A DNA stretch of 35,041 nt, from the NCBI GenBank assembly GCA_045634565.1, contig JAZRAM010000001.1, positions 1 through 35,041 on the forward strand, given 5' to 3'. The DNA comes from Bacilli bacterium (GTDB lineage: Bacteria; Bacillota_I; Bacilli_A; RF39; UBA660). Every line of letters begins with the position of its first letter. Position 1 is the stretch's first letter. Of the stretch, positions 1-8,976 are shown piece after piece. The position numbers and the translations under genes are program-made. The notes beneath the pieces were generated by a model that had not been told where the DNA came from, searched no databases, and saw only the letters and a list, made by a program, of their open reading frames with translations.

Positions 1-2120
1 ATATCTTTTTTCTTATATTTATTTTTTAATTTTTTTATTTTATTATCTACTATTTGTTTTATATTATCATAAGTTAAATAATCAAATGTAAGTAAATTAT
101 CTATTCTATTTATAAAAGGTATACTAAGTGTTTCTTTTAATTCATTACTTACTTTATTTTTATTATTAAAACCAATACTATTATTATTAAATCCTATATT
201 AGAAGTCATTATTATCATAGCATTATTAAAGTAAATATCTTCTCCTTTAGAATCTTTTAATTTACCTTCATCTAGTATTTGATAAAAAAGATTTATTATA
301 TTTGGGTGTGCTTTTTCTAATTCATCTACAATAATTACAGAAAAAGGATTATCTTTTACTTTCTCTAATATATTTTTATTATCATCATAACCTACATATC
401 CTGCAGGAGAACCTATTAATTTACTTATTGTATGTGATTCACTATATTCACTCATATCTATTCTAATAACACTATTACTTATTTTATTTGAAAATAGTTT
501 AGCAAGTTCAGTTTTACCTACTCCACTTGGACCTACAAAAAGCATGGAATAACACATATTATCATCTTTAAATCCTAGTTTTAATTTTTTATATATTTTA
601 ATTAATTCATCTATATTTTTTTCATTACCAATTATATTTTTCTTTAAACTTTTTTCAAAATTAATTATATCTTTTTTATCTATTTCTTTAAGTTCAAATA
701 TAGGTACATTACTCTTTCTACTTACTACTTTAATAACATCTTCCTTAGTTACTATATTTATTTTTTCTTTAGTAAGTTCTAATTCTAATTTATTTATTTT
801 AGACATAAGTTTATTTTCTTTTTCTTTATAGATAGATGCGGTATCATAATCTTTTTTTATTAAATAACTTTTCTTTATTTTTATAAGTTCATTTAATTCT
901 TTTGTAAGATTATTATATTTTTTTAATTTTTTATTTTCTTTTAAGGAGACATGAGCAGATACTTCATCTAATATATCTATAGATTTATCTGGTTGATATC
1001 TATTTTTTATATATTTATCCGATAGTTCAATTATGTGATCTATTATTTCATCACTAACAAGTGTTTTGTGAAAATTAGAATATGTATCTCTTAATCTAAA
1101 TAATATTTCTCTTACTGTTTTCTTACTTGGAACACATACTTCTACTTTTTGAAATCTTCTATCTAAAGCTTTATCATTAGAAATAAATTTTTTATATTCG
1201 CTTGTAGTAGTTGCACCTATACATCTCATTTTGTTTCTAGCAAGCGCGGGTTTAAATATATTAGAAGCATCTATAGCTCCTTCTGCTCCACCGGCTCCTA
1301 CTAATGTATGTATTTCATCTATAAAAAGTATTATGTCATCATTGTCTTCTAATTCCTTTAAAATTTTATTTACTCTTTCTTCAAATTCTCCTCTATACTT
1401 TGTGCCGGCTACTGTTGTTGCCATATCTAAACTTATTATTCTTTTATTTTTTAAACTATTAGGAACTTCATTGTTACTTATCATTCTAGAGAGTTCTTCT
1501 ACAATAGCAGTTTTACCTACTCCTGCTTCTCCAATAAGTATAGGATTATTTTTCTTTCTTCTAGATAATATTTCTATTACTCTACTTATTTCCTCATCTC
1601 TACCTACTACTGGATCAAGTTCATTATTATTTGCTTTTTTAGTTAAATCTACACCTAATTCATCTATAAGTAATTTTTTATTTTTTGATTTTTTTATTGG
1701 AAGTTTATAAGCAAATTCTTGATATAAATCATCTAAATCAATATCCATGCCTATAAGTATTCTAATAGCTATTCCTTCTCCTTCTTCTAACATACTAGAA
1801 AAAAGATGTGATATAGTTACATTACCATTATTATTTTCTTTACTATCATAAACAGCATTCTCCATTATTCTTTTAAGTAACGGTGTATATAAAAAACACT
1901 CTGATTCTTTACTACCTAGTCCTACTATATCTATTAATTCATTCTTGAATCTTTTATAATCTAAATCATAATCTTTTAATTTTTCACTTATTTCATTATT
2001 ATCTTTTAGGATTGATAGTAAAAGGTGTTCACTACCTACATAAGGGTGTTTTAATTTTTTCATTTCTTCTTTTGCCGACATCAATATTTTTCTTGCTTCT
2101 TCTGTAAAACTATTATACAT
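1..2120 (-). CDS. clpC: ClpC-type class I AAA+ Clp ATPase with two nucleotide-binding domains; the 3' end of the gene lies beyond the left window edge
   Basis: Absent from the ORF track because it runs off the edge. Minus-strand ATG at 2118-2120 follows AAAGGAGGG. My translation gives MYNSFTEEARKILMSAKEEMKKLKHPYVGSEHLLLSIL (Clp N-domain), Walker A GEAGVGKT (codons 1509-1532), ILFIDEIHTLVGAGGAEGAIDASNIFKPALARN, a UVR-like linker (KKDYDTASIYKEKE), a second Walker A GPSGVGKT (510-533) and VIIVDELEKAHPN. I checked that these motifs are in frame with the ATG. Confidence 0.85.
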   Translation of the reverse strand, partial: MYNSFTEEARKILMSAKEEMKKLKHPYVGSEHLLLSILKDNNEISEKLKDYDLDYKRFKNELIDIVGLGSKESECFLYTPLLKRIMENAVYDSKENNNGNVTISHLFSSMLEEGEGIAIRILIGMDIDLDDLYQEFAYKLPIKKSKNKKLLIDELGVDLTKKANNNELDPVVGRDEEISRVIEILSRRKKNNPILIGEAGVGKTAIVEELSRMISNNEVPNSLKNKRIISLDMATTVAGTKYRGEFEERVNKILKELEDNDDIILFIDEIHTLVGAGGAEGAIDASNIFKPALARNKMRCIGATTTSEYKKFISNDKALDRRFQKVEVCVPSKKTVREILFRLRDTYSNFHKTLVSDEIIDHIIELSDKYIKNRYQPDKSIDILDEVSAHVSLKENKKLKKYNNLTKELNELIKIKKSYLIKKDYDTASIYKEKENKLMSKINKLELELTKEKINIVTKEDVIKVVSRKSNVPIFELKEIDKKDIINFEKSLKKNIIGNEKNIDELIKIYKKLKLGFKDDNMCYSMLFVGPSGVGKTELAKLFSNKISNSVIRIDMSEYSESHTISKLIGSPAGYVGYDDNKNILEKVKDNPFSVIIVDELEKAHPNIINLFYQILDEGKLKDSKGEDIYFNNAMIIMTSNIGFNNNSIGFNNKNKVSNELKETLSIPFINRIDNLLTFDYLTYDNIKQIVDNKIKKLKNKYKKKD

Positions 2121-2184
2121 ATAATCCCTCCTTTAATATTCTATGAGTATAATGATTAAAAATAATAATATTTATTCAACAAAA

Positions 2185-2355
2185 TCATCTATAAATTAAC
2201 ATGGCACTAAAACAATATATTTGTTCTTCACCACATATATTGACAGCTACTTGATATTTTATATCTATTAAATCTATTTCTTTTTCGCTTAAAAACTTAT
2301 TTATTTTACTCTCTAAATCTAATTCATGAGATTCATCAAACAATTTTACTTTCAT
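2185..2355 (-). CDS. cse60: Small sporulation protein, Cse60/YteV family (56 aa)
   Basis: ORF below the track size cutoff: MKVKLFDESHELDLESKINKFLSEKEIDLIDIKYQVAVNICGEEQIYCFSAMLIYR, with TGA at 2185-2187 and GGTGA 7 nt before the ATG. The pattern KVKLFD.EHE.DLE..FL...I.IDIKYQV...GEEQIYCFSA matches my memory of the ~60-aa Bacillus Cse60 family. Confidence 0.65.
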   Translation of the reverse strand: MKVKLFDESHELDLESKINKFLSEKEIDLIDIKYQVAVNICGEEQIYCFSAMLIYR

Positions 2356-2389
2356 AAAAAAATCACCACTATCATTATAATAGTGATGA
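2356..2389 (-). terminator. Intrinsic terminator downstream of the M23 peptidase gene
   Basis: On the minus-strand RNA, UCAUCACUAU-UAUAAUG-AUAGUGGUGA forms a 10-bp stem (one G-U pair) followed by U7 (plus-strand A-run 2356-2362). The plus-strand version has a C/A mismatch, so the fold is better on the minus strand. Confidence 0.65.
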
Positions 2390-2407
2390 CTAATTTAATT
2401 TGTCGAT

Positions 2408-3643
2408 TTAATACTTTCTATCCCTAGAATTAAAGTATACTCCATAAGATGGAACATTCATTACATTTCTTGGGTTAATACTTCTTGATTGGAATTTAGA
2501 ATAAGATGTATATCCGCTATCCATTAAGTATGCGCCTGTAGCAATTTGTAAATGAAGGTGTGCTCCTGATGAACAATCATCCCAATATTCTATTGATCTT
2601 AGACCACCTGAATAACCTATAACAGTATTATGAGTTACAGTGTCACCTACTTTAACAGTTGCACGTGCTAAGTGATAATATCCTGAAGTGTATTTTACAC
2701 CATTTATATTGTGCGCAATATAAAGCATATTACCTCCACAATAATATTGATGTGTATACCCAACTACTACTCCATCAGCTACTGAGTAAACTGGAGTCCC
2801 ATGTGGAGCTGAAAAATCCATTCCATAATGGAAATCCGTTTTTTCTTTTCCATTTAACCAATAAGTTCTCCATCCATAATTACTAGAAACTCTTCCCGAT
2901 ACTAAAGGTCTATAGAAAGCTGTTCCTGGTGGAAGTTTACCATATGAACAAGATGAAACATCTTGATCTAAATCACATCCATAACTTTCATAAGTTTTTA
3001 TAAAAGTTTCAAGTCTTTTTAATTCTTCTTCGATATCAACAGCGCCTTCAACAATACCTCTTAATTCAGATTCATATACTTTTATTTGTTTTTCTAATTC
3101 TTCTTGTTTATTAGAAAGTGATACTGTTTTTTTATCTAATTCTACTTTCTTATTTTCATTTTCTTTTATTTTCGCATGAAATTCATCAACTAATTTATCG
3201 TTATATTTAGAAAGTTGTTCTGCAATTGCCATTCTATATATAAAATCTGTAAAATCTGCTGCTTCAAATACATATTCCAAATAAGCTGATTCACTATTAG
3301 AAAGTTGATAATAGTTCATTATCTTTTTTATCTCTTTTTCTTTTTCTTCGATTTCAACGTTAAGTTCTTCTATTTCATTAGTTAAATTAACCATTTCTTC
3401 TTGTATTCCTTCAATCTCAATACTAATAGAAAGAGCTTTTTGTTTCGCGTTTTCAATCTCAACTTTAGTTGCTTGTTGTTGTTGTTTGTTTGCTTCATAT
3501 TCTGCTTTTTTAGCAATTAACTCTTCTTTTAATTGTCTTAACGTTTTAGCTTCAGCAACTTCTTTTGTAGGAAATGAAAAATTAACAACTAATAAAATTA
3601 AAACTAATAAAATGTATTTAAATTTCTTAAAAAATTGTTTCAT
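2408..3643 (-). CDS. Secreted M23-family peptidoglycan metalloendopeptidase with a long N-terminal coiled coil
   Basis: N-terminal signal/TM segment (ILLVLILLVVNFSF). About 200 aa of E/K/Q-rich heptad-like sequence follows. C-terminal M23 motifs are HYGMDF (HxxxD) and GAHLHLQI (HxH). Confidence 0.85.
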   Translation of the reverse strand: MKQFFKKFKYILLVLILLVVNFSFPTKEVAEAKTLRQLKEELIAKKAEYEANKQQQQATKVEIENAKQKALSISIEIEGIQEEMVNLTNEIEELNVEIEEKEKEIKKIMNYYQLSNSESAYLEYVFEAADFTDFIYRMAIAEQLSKYNDKLVDEFHAKIKENENKKVELDKKTVSLSNKQEELEKQIKVYESELRGIVEGAVDIEEELKRLETFIKTYESYGCDLDQDVSSCSYGKLPPGTAFYRPLVSGRVSSNYGWRTYWLNGKEKTDFHYGMDFSAPHGTPVYSVADGVVVGYTHQYYCGGNMLYIAHNINGVKYTSGYYHLARATVKVGDTVTHNTVIGYSGGLRSIEYWDDCSSGAHLHLQIATGAYLMDSGYTSYSKFQSRSINPRNVMNVPSYGVYFNSRDRKY

Positions 3644-4278
3644 TATTCCTTCATCTCTTTTCTTATTTTTTTATAATCCTTACAATACTTACTAACTAAA
3701 TTCCAAAAAGATTTTGAATGATCAAAATGTATTATATGACTTAACTCATGTATAATAACATAATCTATTTTTTCTATATCAAATTCTATTAGTCTAGCAT
3801 TTAAAGTTATTGTATGATTCTTTCTATTATAAACTCCCCATCTAGTTTTCATATCTCTTATCTTAAGTATTGGAGATTTTATATTTTCTTTAAATTGATT
3901 AAATACTATAACAAATCTATCATCAAACACTCTAATAATTTCTTCTTTTTTCCACTTATCAAGCATTTTCAAATCTTTTGTATATATTTTATCATCTTCT
4001 AATATTACTTTACTTATATCTTCATTTATAATTATATCATATGAATTACCTAAATAAAAGAATTTATCACTTTTTTCCTTTTGTTTTAAAGCGCGTTTTA
4101 CCATTTTGTGTAAAGATGTAGTATTTTCATCTAATACTTTTAATATCATTCCTTTTGTAGTTAAATAATTACAAGTAACATATATCTTACCATCTTCTTT
4201 AACTCGTATATATAAATTTTTATTATTCTTTTTTTCTATTATAACATCATACTCTATATCATCTAATACATACTTCAT
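3643..4278 (-). CDS. YgjP-like metal-dependent hydrolase (DUF45 / M48-like, HExxH)
   Basis: C-terminal HELSHIIHFDHSKSFW motif and an overall size of ~210 aa are typical of the YgjP/DUF45 family. The stop overlaps the M23 gene start (TAATG). Confidence 0.7.
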   Translation of the reverse strand: MKYVLDDIEYDVIIEKKNNKNLYIRVKEDGKIYVTCNYLTTKGMILKVLDENTTSLHKMVKRALKQKEKSDKFFYLGNSYDIIINEDISKVILEDDKIYTKDLKMLDKWKKEEIIRVFDDRFVIVFNQFKENIKSPILKIRDMKTRWGVYNRKNHTITLNARLIEFDIEKIDYVIIHELSHIIHFDHSKSFWNLVSKYCKDYKKIRKEMKE

Positions 4279-4327
4279 GATTTCACCTATAATAATTATA
4301 ACACATATAAAAAAAAGAATAAATAAA

Positions 4328-5158
4328 TTATTCTTTATCGTAATCTTCTAAAAAACTTTTTTTAACCCCATTTTTAACAGTACCAAGAACACAATTTAAA
4401 TTTATATTATCTAAACTTTTGAAGATATTATGATCTATATTTTTATTAACTTTTTTTAAATCTTTTATTAGTTGTTTTATTTCTTTTCTTTTACTACTAT
4501 TTTCAAAATCATTACTATTTTTTTCAGTAAACTTACAAGCACAATTTAAAAATGTTAATTCATTATGATTAGACCAACTAATTATATCTTCTTCTTTAAC
4601 TAAGTATAAAGGTCTTATAAGTTCTAAACCTTCAAAATTAGTACTATGAAGTTTTGGCATCATTGTTTTAATTTCCGAACCATAAAACATAGAAAGGAGT
4701 GTTGTTTCAATTACATCATCAAAATGATGACCTAAAGCAATTTTATTACACCCTAACTCTTTAGCTTTACTATATAAAAATCCTCTTCTCATTCTAGCAC
4801 ACAAATAACAAGGGCTTTCACTTGATACTTTATCTACTACTTCAAATATATCACTTTCAAATATTTCGATTGGTATATTAAGTTCTAATGCATTCTTTCT
4901 TATTAGTTCTAAATTTTCTTTTTTATAACCTGGATTCATTACTACATAATGAGCATTAAATTTAAACTTACCATGTTTAATTATTTCTTGAAAACATTTA
5001 GCAAGTAAAAATGAATCTTTACCACCACTTATACATACCATAATATTATCATTTTCTTTTATGAGTTCATATTCTTGTACAGCTTTAACAAACTTACTCC
5101 ATATTTCTTTTCTATATTTTTTTATTATGCTTTTTTCTACATCTTTATATTTTTCCAT
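4328..5158 (-). CDS. ttcA: TtcA-family PP-loop ATPase (tRNA 2-thiocytidine(32) synthetase-like)
   Basis: PP-loop SGGKDS. PCYLCARMRRGFLY closely resembles the E. coli TtcA CxxC segment (PCSLCSRLRRG). A further Cys pair occurs at LNCACKF. RBS GGGAG lies upstream. Confidence 0.7.
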   Translation of the reverse strand: MEKYKDVEKSIIKKYRKEIWSKFVKAVQEYELIKENDNIMVCISGGKDSFLLAKCFQEIIKHGKFKFNAHYVVMNPGYKKENLELIRKNALELNIPIEIFESDIFEVVDKVSSESPCYLCARMRRGFLYSKAKELGCNKIALGHHFDDVIETTLLSMFYGSEIKTMMPKLHSTNFEGLELIRPLYLVKEEDIISWSNHNELTFLNCACKFTEKNSNDFENSSKRKEIKQLIKDLKKVNKNIDHNIFKSLDNINLNCVLGTVKNGVKKSFLEDYDKE

Positions 5159-5191
5159 AAATTGCTCCCAACATTTATATTATACTATAAA

Positions 5192-5219
5192 GAAAAAGAA
5201 TATAAAACTATTCTTTTTC
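5192..5219 (-). terminator. Hairpin between tRNA-Arg and ttcA (possible tRNA terminator)
   Basis: Perfect 11-bp inverted repeat gaaaaagaata / tattctttttc with a 6-nt loop. On the minus RNA only UUU follows, so it is a weak terminator. A TATAAT box follows before ttcA. Confidence 0.45.
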
Positions 5220-5234
5220 AAATATATACAAAAA

Positions 5235-5311
5235 TGGTGTACCCGATTGGAATCGAACCAACGACCTATTGCTTAGGAGGCAATCGCTCTATCCTACTGA
5301 GCTACGGATAC
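5235..5311 (-). tRNA. tRNA-Arg, anticodon CCU, CCA encoded
   Basis: The reverse complement reads GTATCCGTAGCTCAGTAGGATAGAGCGATTGCCTCCTAAGCAATAGGTCGTTGGTTCGATTCCAATCGGGTACACCA. It has a 7-bp acceptor stem, a GTTCGATTC T-loop and the anticodon loop C-U-CCU-A-A. Confidence 0.93.
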
Positions 5312-5317
5312 AAATTA

Positions 5318-5337
5318 AGGCTTATAAATATAAGCCT
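5318..5337 (-). terminator. Hairpin overlapping the HD-gene stop codon, just upstream of tRNA-Arg
   Basis: aggcttat-aaat-ataagcct forms an 8-bp stem. The trailing U-tract is weak, so this may be a terminator or a processing structure. Confidence 0.35.
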
Positions 5338-5848
5338 ATTTTATAACATTTAATACAAATAGTAAATATAAATTAAATACATAACTTAATTTATAACTAA
5401 ATTTTTTAGAGAATTCTCCAAAACTTAATATCTTATCTACTAAACTAACAATCCAACTTTCAGCATATTTAGGGACTCTATAATCTACAGGAAACATATG
5501 TGATTCAATTATATTTATTTCCTTTTCTGATAAGTTAAAATAAGTAGTTGCATTAGTTACTGCATCTTTAGGGTGCTTAGTTGAAAATAATTTTATTTTA
5601 TCCTTAATTTTATTACACTCGCTTATTTTATCTGTATAGAAATCATGAAGAAGTCCACCACGCGCTACTTCTTTATAATCAAGTTTTAATGTTTTAGCGA
5701 TTTTATAAGAATAATATGAAACTTTCATAGAATGATCTAACCTGTTAGTATTATGATGTTTAATATTTCCTATTTTCTTAAATGATTCATTTTCCATTAT
5801 ATTATCTATAATAAATAAGTATTCTTGATCTTTATTATAATTCGCCAT
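5336..5848 (-). CDS. HD-domain phosphohydrolase
   Basis: H...HD signature (LDHSMKVSYYSYKIAK ... GGLLHDFY). RBS GAGGTGA lies upstream of the ATG. Confidence 0.7.
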   Translation of the reverse strand: MANYNKDQEYLFIIDNIMENESFKKIGNIKHHNTNRLDHSMKVSYYSYKIAKTLKLDYKEVARGGLLHDFYTDKISECNKIKDKIKLFSTKHPKDAVTNATTYFNLSEKEINIIESHMFPVDYRVPKYAESWIVSLVDKILSFGEFSKKFSYKLSYVFNLYLLFVLNVIK

Positions 5849-5959
5849 ACCACTAATTCACCTCGGCAACTATTACATTATATCATGAATTTTAAAAAAT
5901 TATAATGGTTTTTGTTACCTTTTTTTGAAAGCTTTAAAAAAAAACTTTAAAACAAAGGC

Positions 5960-7027
5960 TTATTCAATAGTTAAAGTTTTTCCCGTTGGCTGTATTTGAA
6001 TATATGTATTTCCATCATTTACTTTTATCTTTGTTCCATCCTTATATTTATAAACAGTTTTACTACTTCTTGATAATTTTTCCCATGTTATCGGAACCGC
6101 ATAACCATCTGTTATAAACCATCCAGTACCACTTCCTACATTTTCTAAAGTTTGTCTTCCTTTATCATCGCCACTTATAGTATAATTTACAACTTGATAA
6201 GTTATTATATTTTTAGTTGTATATTGTAATCCAGTTATGTAATCTTTATGTACTACATTATTTTGAAATCTATTATAAACTTTATTAACACTATCATATT
6301 CAAACGAAGTAGATCTACTATTTGAATAATCTATGAATACTTTGTTTGCAGGTATTACACCTTCCATATTAGATAAATTTACTGATTTAACACTATAATC
6401 TAATACCGGTTTTTCTTCAGTAGTTTTACTATAGCCATATTTATCTGCACCGTCCATTATATCTTGTGTGGTGGTAAATGCAGTATGTTCAGAAGCAAGA
6501 CCTAAACTTCTGTCTCTAGTATAACCATTATAACTCATAAAGTTAATGTTATTTACTCCAAGTTTTTTCACATCACTTTCTGCTTGTGGGCTCCATCCAA
6601 AGTGTACATAAATCGCATCATTCTCTAGAGCATAATCTAAAAAATAATGTCTAGACGATCTAACTGATCCAAGTCTATCTAATTTTTTATCTTTAAATAA
6701 CGCCATAAGTCTAGTATATCCGCCTTCTACAATTATTTCATATACCATATAAGCATCTTGTATACCACTTTGATATCCCCAAACGGTTTTAATATTATTT
6801 ATCATAACTGCATAAGGTCTTGTATTAGAATCTAAATCTAATATTTTTAATTTTTCTTCTACCTTAGGTTCTTCTTTCTTTTTAGGTTTATCTTTTGAAG
6901 CATCATCAGTTGTTGTTTCTCCACCTAAATTAGAACAAATCGCTATAGCAATTATTGTTATAAAAATAACACTTAATACACTAAAAAACTTTTTACCTTT
7001 TTTACTTAATCTTCTTCGTTTTGCCAT
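5960..7027 (-). CDS. DUF3048 (YerB-like) membrane-anchored or secreted protein
   Basis: I prefer the start at MAKRRRLSKKGKKFF (ATG 7025-7027, RBS AGGTGA) over the track's upstream start. An N-terminal TM anchor and K/E-rich linker are followed by a conserved body (RPYAVMINN...RSSRHYFLDY) that I recall as the DUF3048 family. Confidence 0.6.
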   Translation of the reverse strand: MAKRRRLSKKGKKFFSVLSVIFITIIAIAICSNLGGETTTDDASKDKPKKKEEPKVEEKLKILDLDSNTRPYAVMINNIKTVWGYQSGIQDAYMVYEIIVEGGYTRLMALFKDKKLDRLGSVRSSRHYFLDYALENDAIYVHFGWSPQAESDVKKLGVNNINFMSYNGYTRDRSLGLASEHTAFTTTQDIMDGADKYGYSKTTEEKPVLDYSVKSVNLSNMEGVIPANKVFIDYSNSRSTSFEYDSVNKVYNRFQNNVVHKDYITGLQYTTKNIITYQVVNYTISGDDKGRQTLENVGSGTGWFITDGYAVPITWEKLSRSSKTVYKYKDGTKIKVNDGNTYIQIQPTGKTLTIE

Positions 7028-7095
7028 GTTATCACCTATAATCATTATACTATAATAAAAAAAATAATCAAATAAAAATTAATAAAAAAAGAAGA

Positions 7096-7995
7096 TTATT
7101 CATCTTCCTCAAAAGACTTTAAAATGTTTTTAAAGCACTTAGGTAAATCACACTTAAATTCCATATACTCTTTTGTTTTAGGATGATTAAATCCAAGTTG
7201 AAAAGCATGTAAACATTGTCCTGTTTCATCTATTAATTTTCTTCTTCCATATACAGGATCATTAACAACTGGATGATTTATATAATTCATATGAACTCTT
7301 ATTTGATGAGTTCTACCTGTTTCAAGTTGTAATTCTATTAAAGTTGCATCTTTAAATCTTTTTAATACTTTAAGATGTGTAATGGCATCTTTACTATTTA
7401 TACTAGTAACTGCCATTTTCTTTCTATCTGTATTATCTCTACCTATTGGAGCATCTATTGTCGCAGTATCTTCTTTTATTACTCCCCAAACTAATGCGAT
7501 ATATTTTCTTGTTGTTTCTTTTTTACTAAGTTGATCTGCAAGTATTTCGTGAGCTTTATTATTTTTAGCTACCATTAAAAGACCTGTTGTATCTGCATCT
7601 ATTCTGTGTACTATACCTGGTCTAAACTCTCCATTTATATCACTTAAATTTTTAGAATAATAAAGAAGTGCGTTGACTAAAGTTCCATGATTATTACCTA
7701 CTGCAGGATGAACTACCATTCCATTAGGTTTATTTACTACTATTACATCGTCATCTTCATAAACTATATCTAGTGGTATATTTTCAGGCTCTATATTCAT
7801 TTCTTCTTCAACATATTCACCTACAGTTATCACATCATCTTGTTTTAATGTATAACTATTTTTAACTGTTTTGCCATTAACTAAAATAGTACCATCGCTT
7901 ATCATCTTTACTATTTTACTTCTACTATAATCTAATTTACCACTTAAATAAGCATCTATTCTTATATTTTTATCTTCATTTACTACGATTTCCAT
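7096..7995 (-). CDS. rluD: RluD-family 23S rRNA pseudouridine synthase
   Basis: N-terminal S4-like domain (RIDAYLS...). Catalytic motif GIVHRIDADTTGLLMVAKN. GRTHQIRVH motif. RBS AAGGAGG. Overlaps lspA by 13 nt, the same lspA-rluD arrangement as in Bacillus. Confidence 0.88.
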   Translation of the reverse strand: MEIVVNEDKNIRIDAYLSGKLDYSRSKIVKMISDGTILVNGKTVKNSYTLKQDDVITVGEYVEEEMNIEPENIPLDIVYEDDDVIVVNKPNGMVVHPAVGNNHGTLVNALLYYSKNLSDINGEFRPGIVHRIDADTTGLLMVAKNNKAHEILADQLSKKETTRKYIALVWGVIKEDTATIDAPIGRDNTDRKKMAVTSINSKDAITHLKVLKRFKDATLIELQLETGRTHQIRVHMNYINHPVVNDPVYGRRKLIDETGQCLHAFQLGFNHPKTKEYMEFKCDLPKCFKNILKSFEEDE

Positions 7996-8453
7996 AAGTC
8001 CTCCTTAATCATTTTTATTATAATGATTAAAACTGATATTACAATACAGATATCTGCAAAATTAAATATTGGAAAATAATAACTACCAAATTTAAAACTT
8101 AAATAATCTATTACATATCCATATATTATTCTATCTATTAAATTACCTACTATTCCCCCTATTAAAAGTGAATATGCAAATATATCTATATTATCTATTG
8201 ATTCTATTTTTTTAATATAAAAAATTAATCCTATTAAAGCAAATACTCCAATAATTATAAGTATTATTGTACTATCATTTAATATACTAAATGCAGCACC
8301 TGTATTATGAACAAGTGATATTGAGAAAAAATTTTTAATAACTACATAAGTTTGATTTAAAATCATTTTATTACTTATTACTATTTTTACAATTTGATCA
8401 ACTATTAAAATCAGAAATCCAAAAATAAAAATATTTTTTAATCCTTTTTTCAT
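7983..8453 (-). CDS. lspA: Lipoprotein signal peptidase II
   Basis: Four hydrophobic segments with the conserved NTGAAFS and FNFADICI motifs (catalytic Asp). I prefer the ATG at 8453 (MKKGLKN) over the TTG at 8465. Confidence 0.88.
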   Translation of the reverse strand: MKKGLKNIFIFGFLILIVDQIVKIVISNKMILNQTYVVIKNFFSISLVHNTGAAFSILNDSTIILIIIGVFALIGLIFYIKKIESIDNIDIFAYSLLIGGIVGNLIDRIIYGYVIDYLSFKFGSYYFPIFNFADICIVISVLIIIIKMIKEDLWKS

Positions 8454-8499
8454 ATCATCACCCAAATAATTATATCACACCTAGTCAAAAAAAAGAAGA

Positions 8500-8892
8500 T
8501 TACTTCTTATTTTTTATTGGATCTATAATTAAATGATCATATGCTCCAGTACTTAAAACTTTTTCATATCCTTCAAAAGTTTTTCCTGTAGAAAATCTAC
8601 CTTGAGTATCTATTTTTTCACTTCTCAATATTGATTTACTAAACTCACACATCATTTTTTCATAGAATTTTTTATCTTTTTTAGTTTTTGAGTTTAATAT
8701 TAAACTATTCATTAATTCAAATCTATCTTTTAATTTATCAACACTATATATTTCATATACATTTAAATTTGCGTTAAATATTAATACTAACTCTTCCCCC
8801 ATTTCTCTTTTGGTATTTGAAGGAATAAATATTCTTCCTTTAGCATCAATTTTTAATTCACTTTGTCCAAATATAGGCTTTTCTCCAAACAT
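8500..8892 (-). CDS. MraZ-like protein (two SpoVT/AbrB-type half-domains)
   Basis: Two DxxxR motifs in MraZ-like spacing: IDAKGRIFIP (N-terminal half) and IDTQGRFSTG (C-terminal half). Length 130 aa. RBS AAAGGGGGA. Confidence 0.6.
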   Translation of the reverse strand: MFGEKPIFGQSELKIDAKGRIFIPSNTKREMGEELVLIFNANLNVYEIYSVDKLKDRFELMNSLILNSKTKKDKKFYEKMMCEFSKSILRSEKIDTQGRFSTGKTFEGYEKVLSTGAYDHLIIDPIKNKK

Positions 8893-8948
8893 GGTATTTC
8901 CCCCTTTAACGGGTTATATTATACACATTTTTTAGAAAAAAGCAACTT

Positions 8949-8976
8949 AAAGAAGCTAAATATATATAGCTTCTTT
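8949..8976 (-). terminator. Hairpin spanning the nrdG stop codon (candidate end of the nrd operon)
   Basis: Perfect 10-bp arms aaagaagcta / tagcttcttt with an 8-nt AT loop. A U5 run occurs only 8 nt further downstream, so confidence is modest. Confidence 0.4.

Noticed and set aside
1231-1710. 159-aa plus-strand ORF from the track (MFLASAGLNILEAS...)
   Set aside because: Low-complexity S/L/I/F-rich translation lying entirely antisense to the well-supported clpC frame (Walker A/B region). It has no RBS and is an antisense artefact.
2121-2184. CtsR operator (GGTCAAA direct repeat) or an mcsA/mcsB operon context for clpC
   Set aside because: There is no GGTCAA or TTGACC repeat in the 64-nt upstream region, and the upstream gene is cse60 rather than ctsR/mcsAB. 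No claim is made about clpC regulation.
2659-5353. Plus-strand track ORFs 2659-2886, 3486-3695, 3814-4002, 5061-5276 and 5075-5353
   Set aside because: All are antisense to strongly supported minus-strand genes (M23, YgjP-like, ttcA) or run across tRNA-Arg. The translations are F/I/L/Y/N-rich nonsense typical of AT-rich antisense frames, and none has an RBS.
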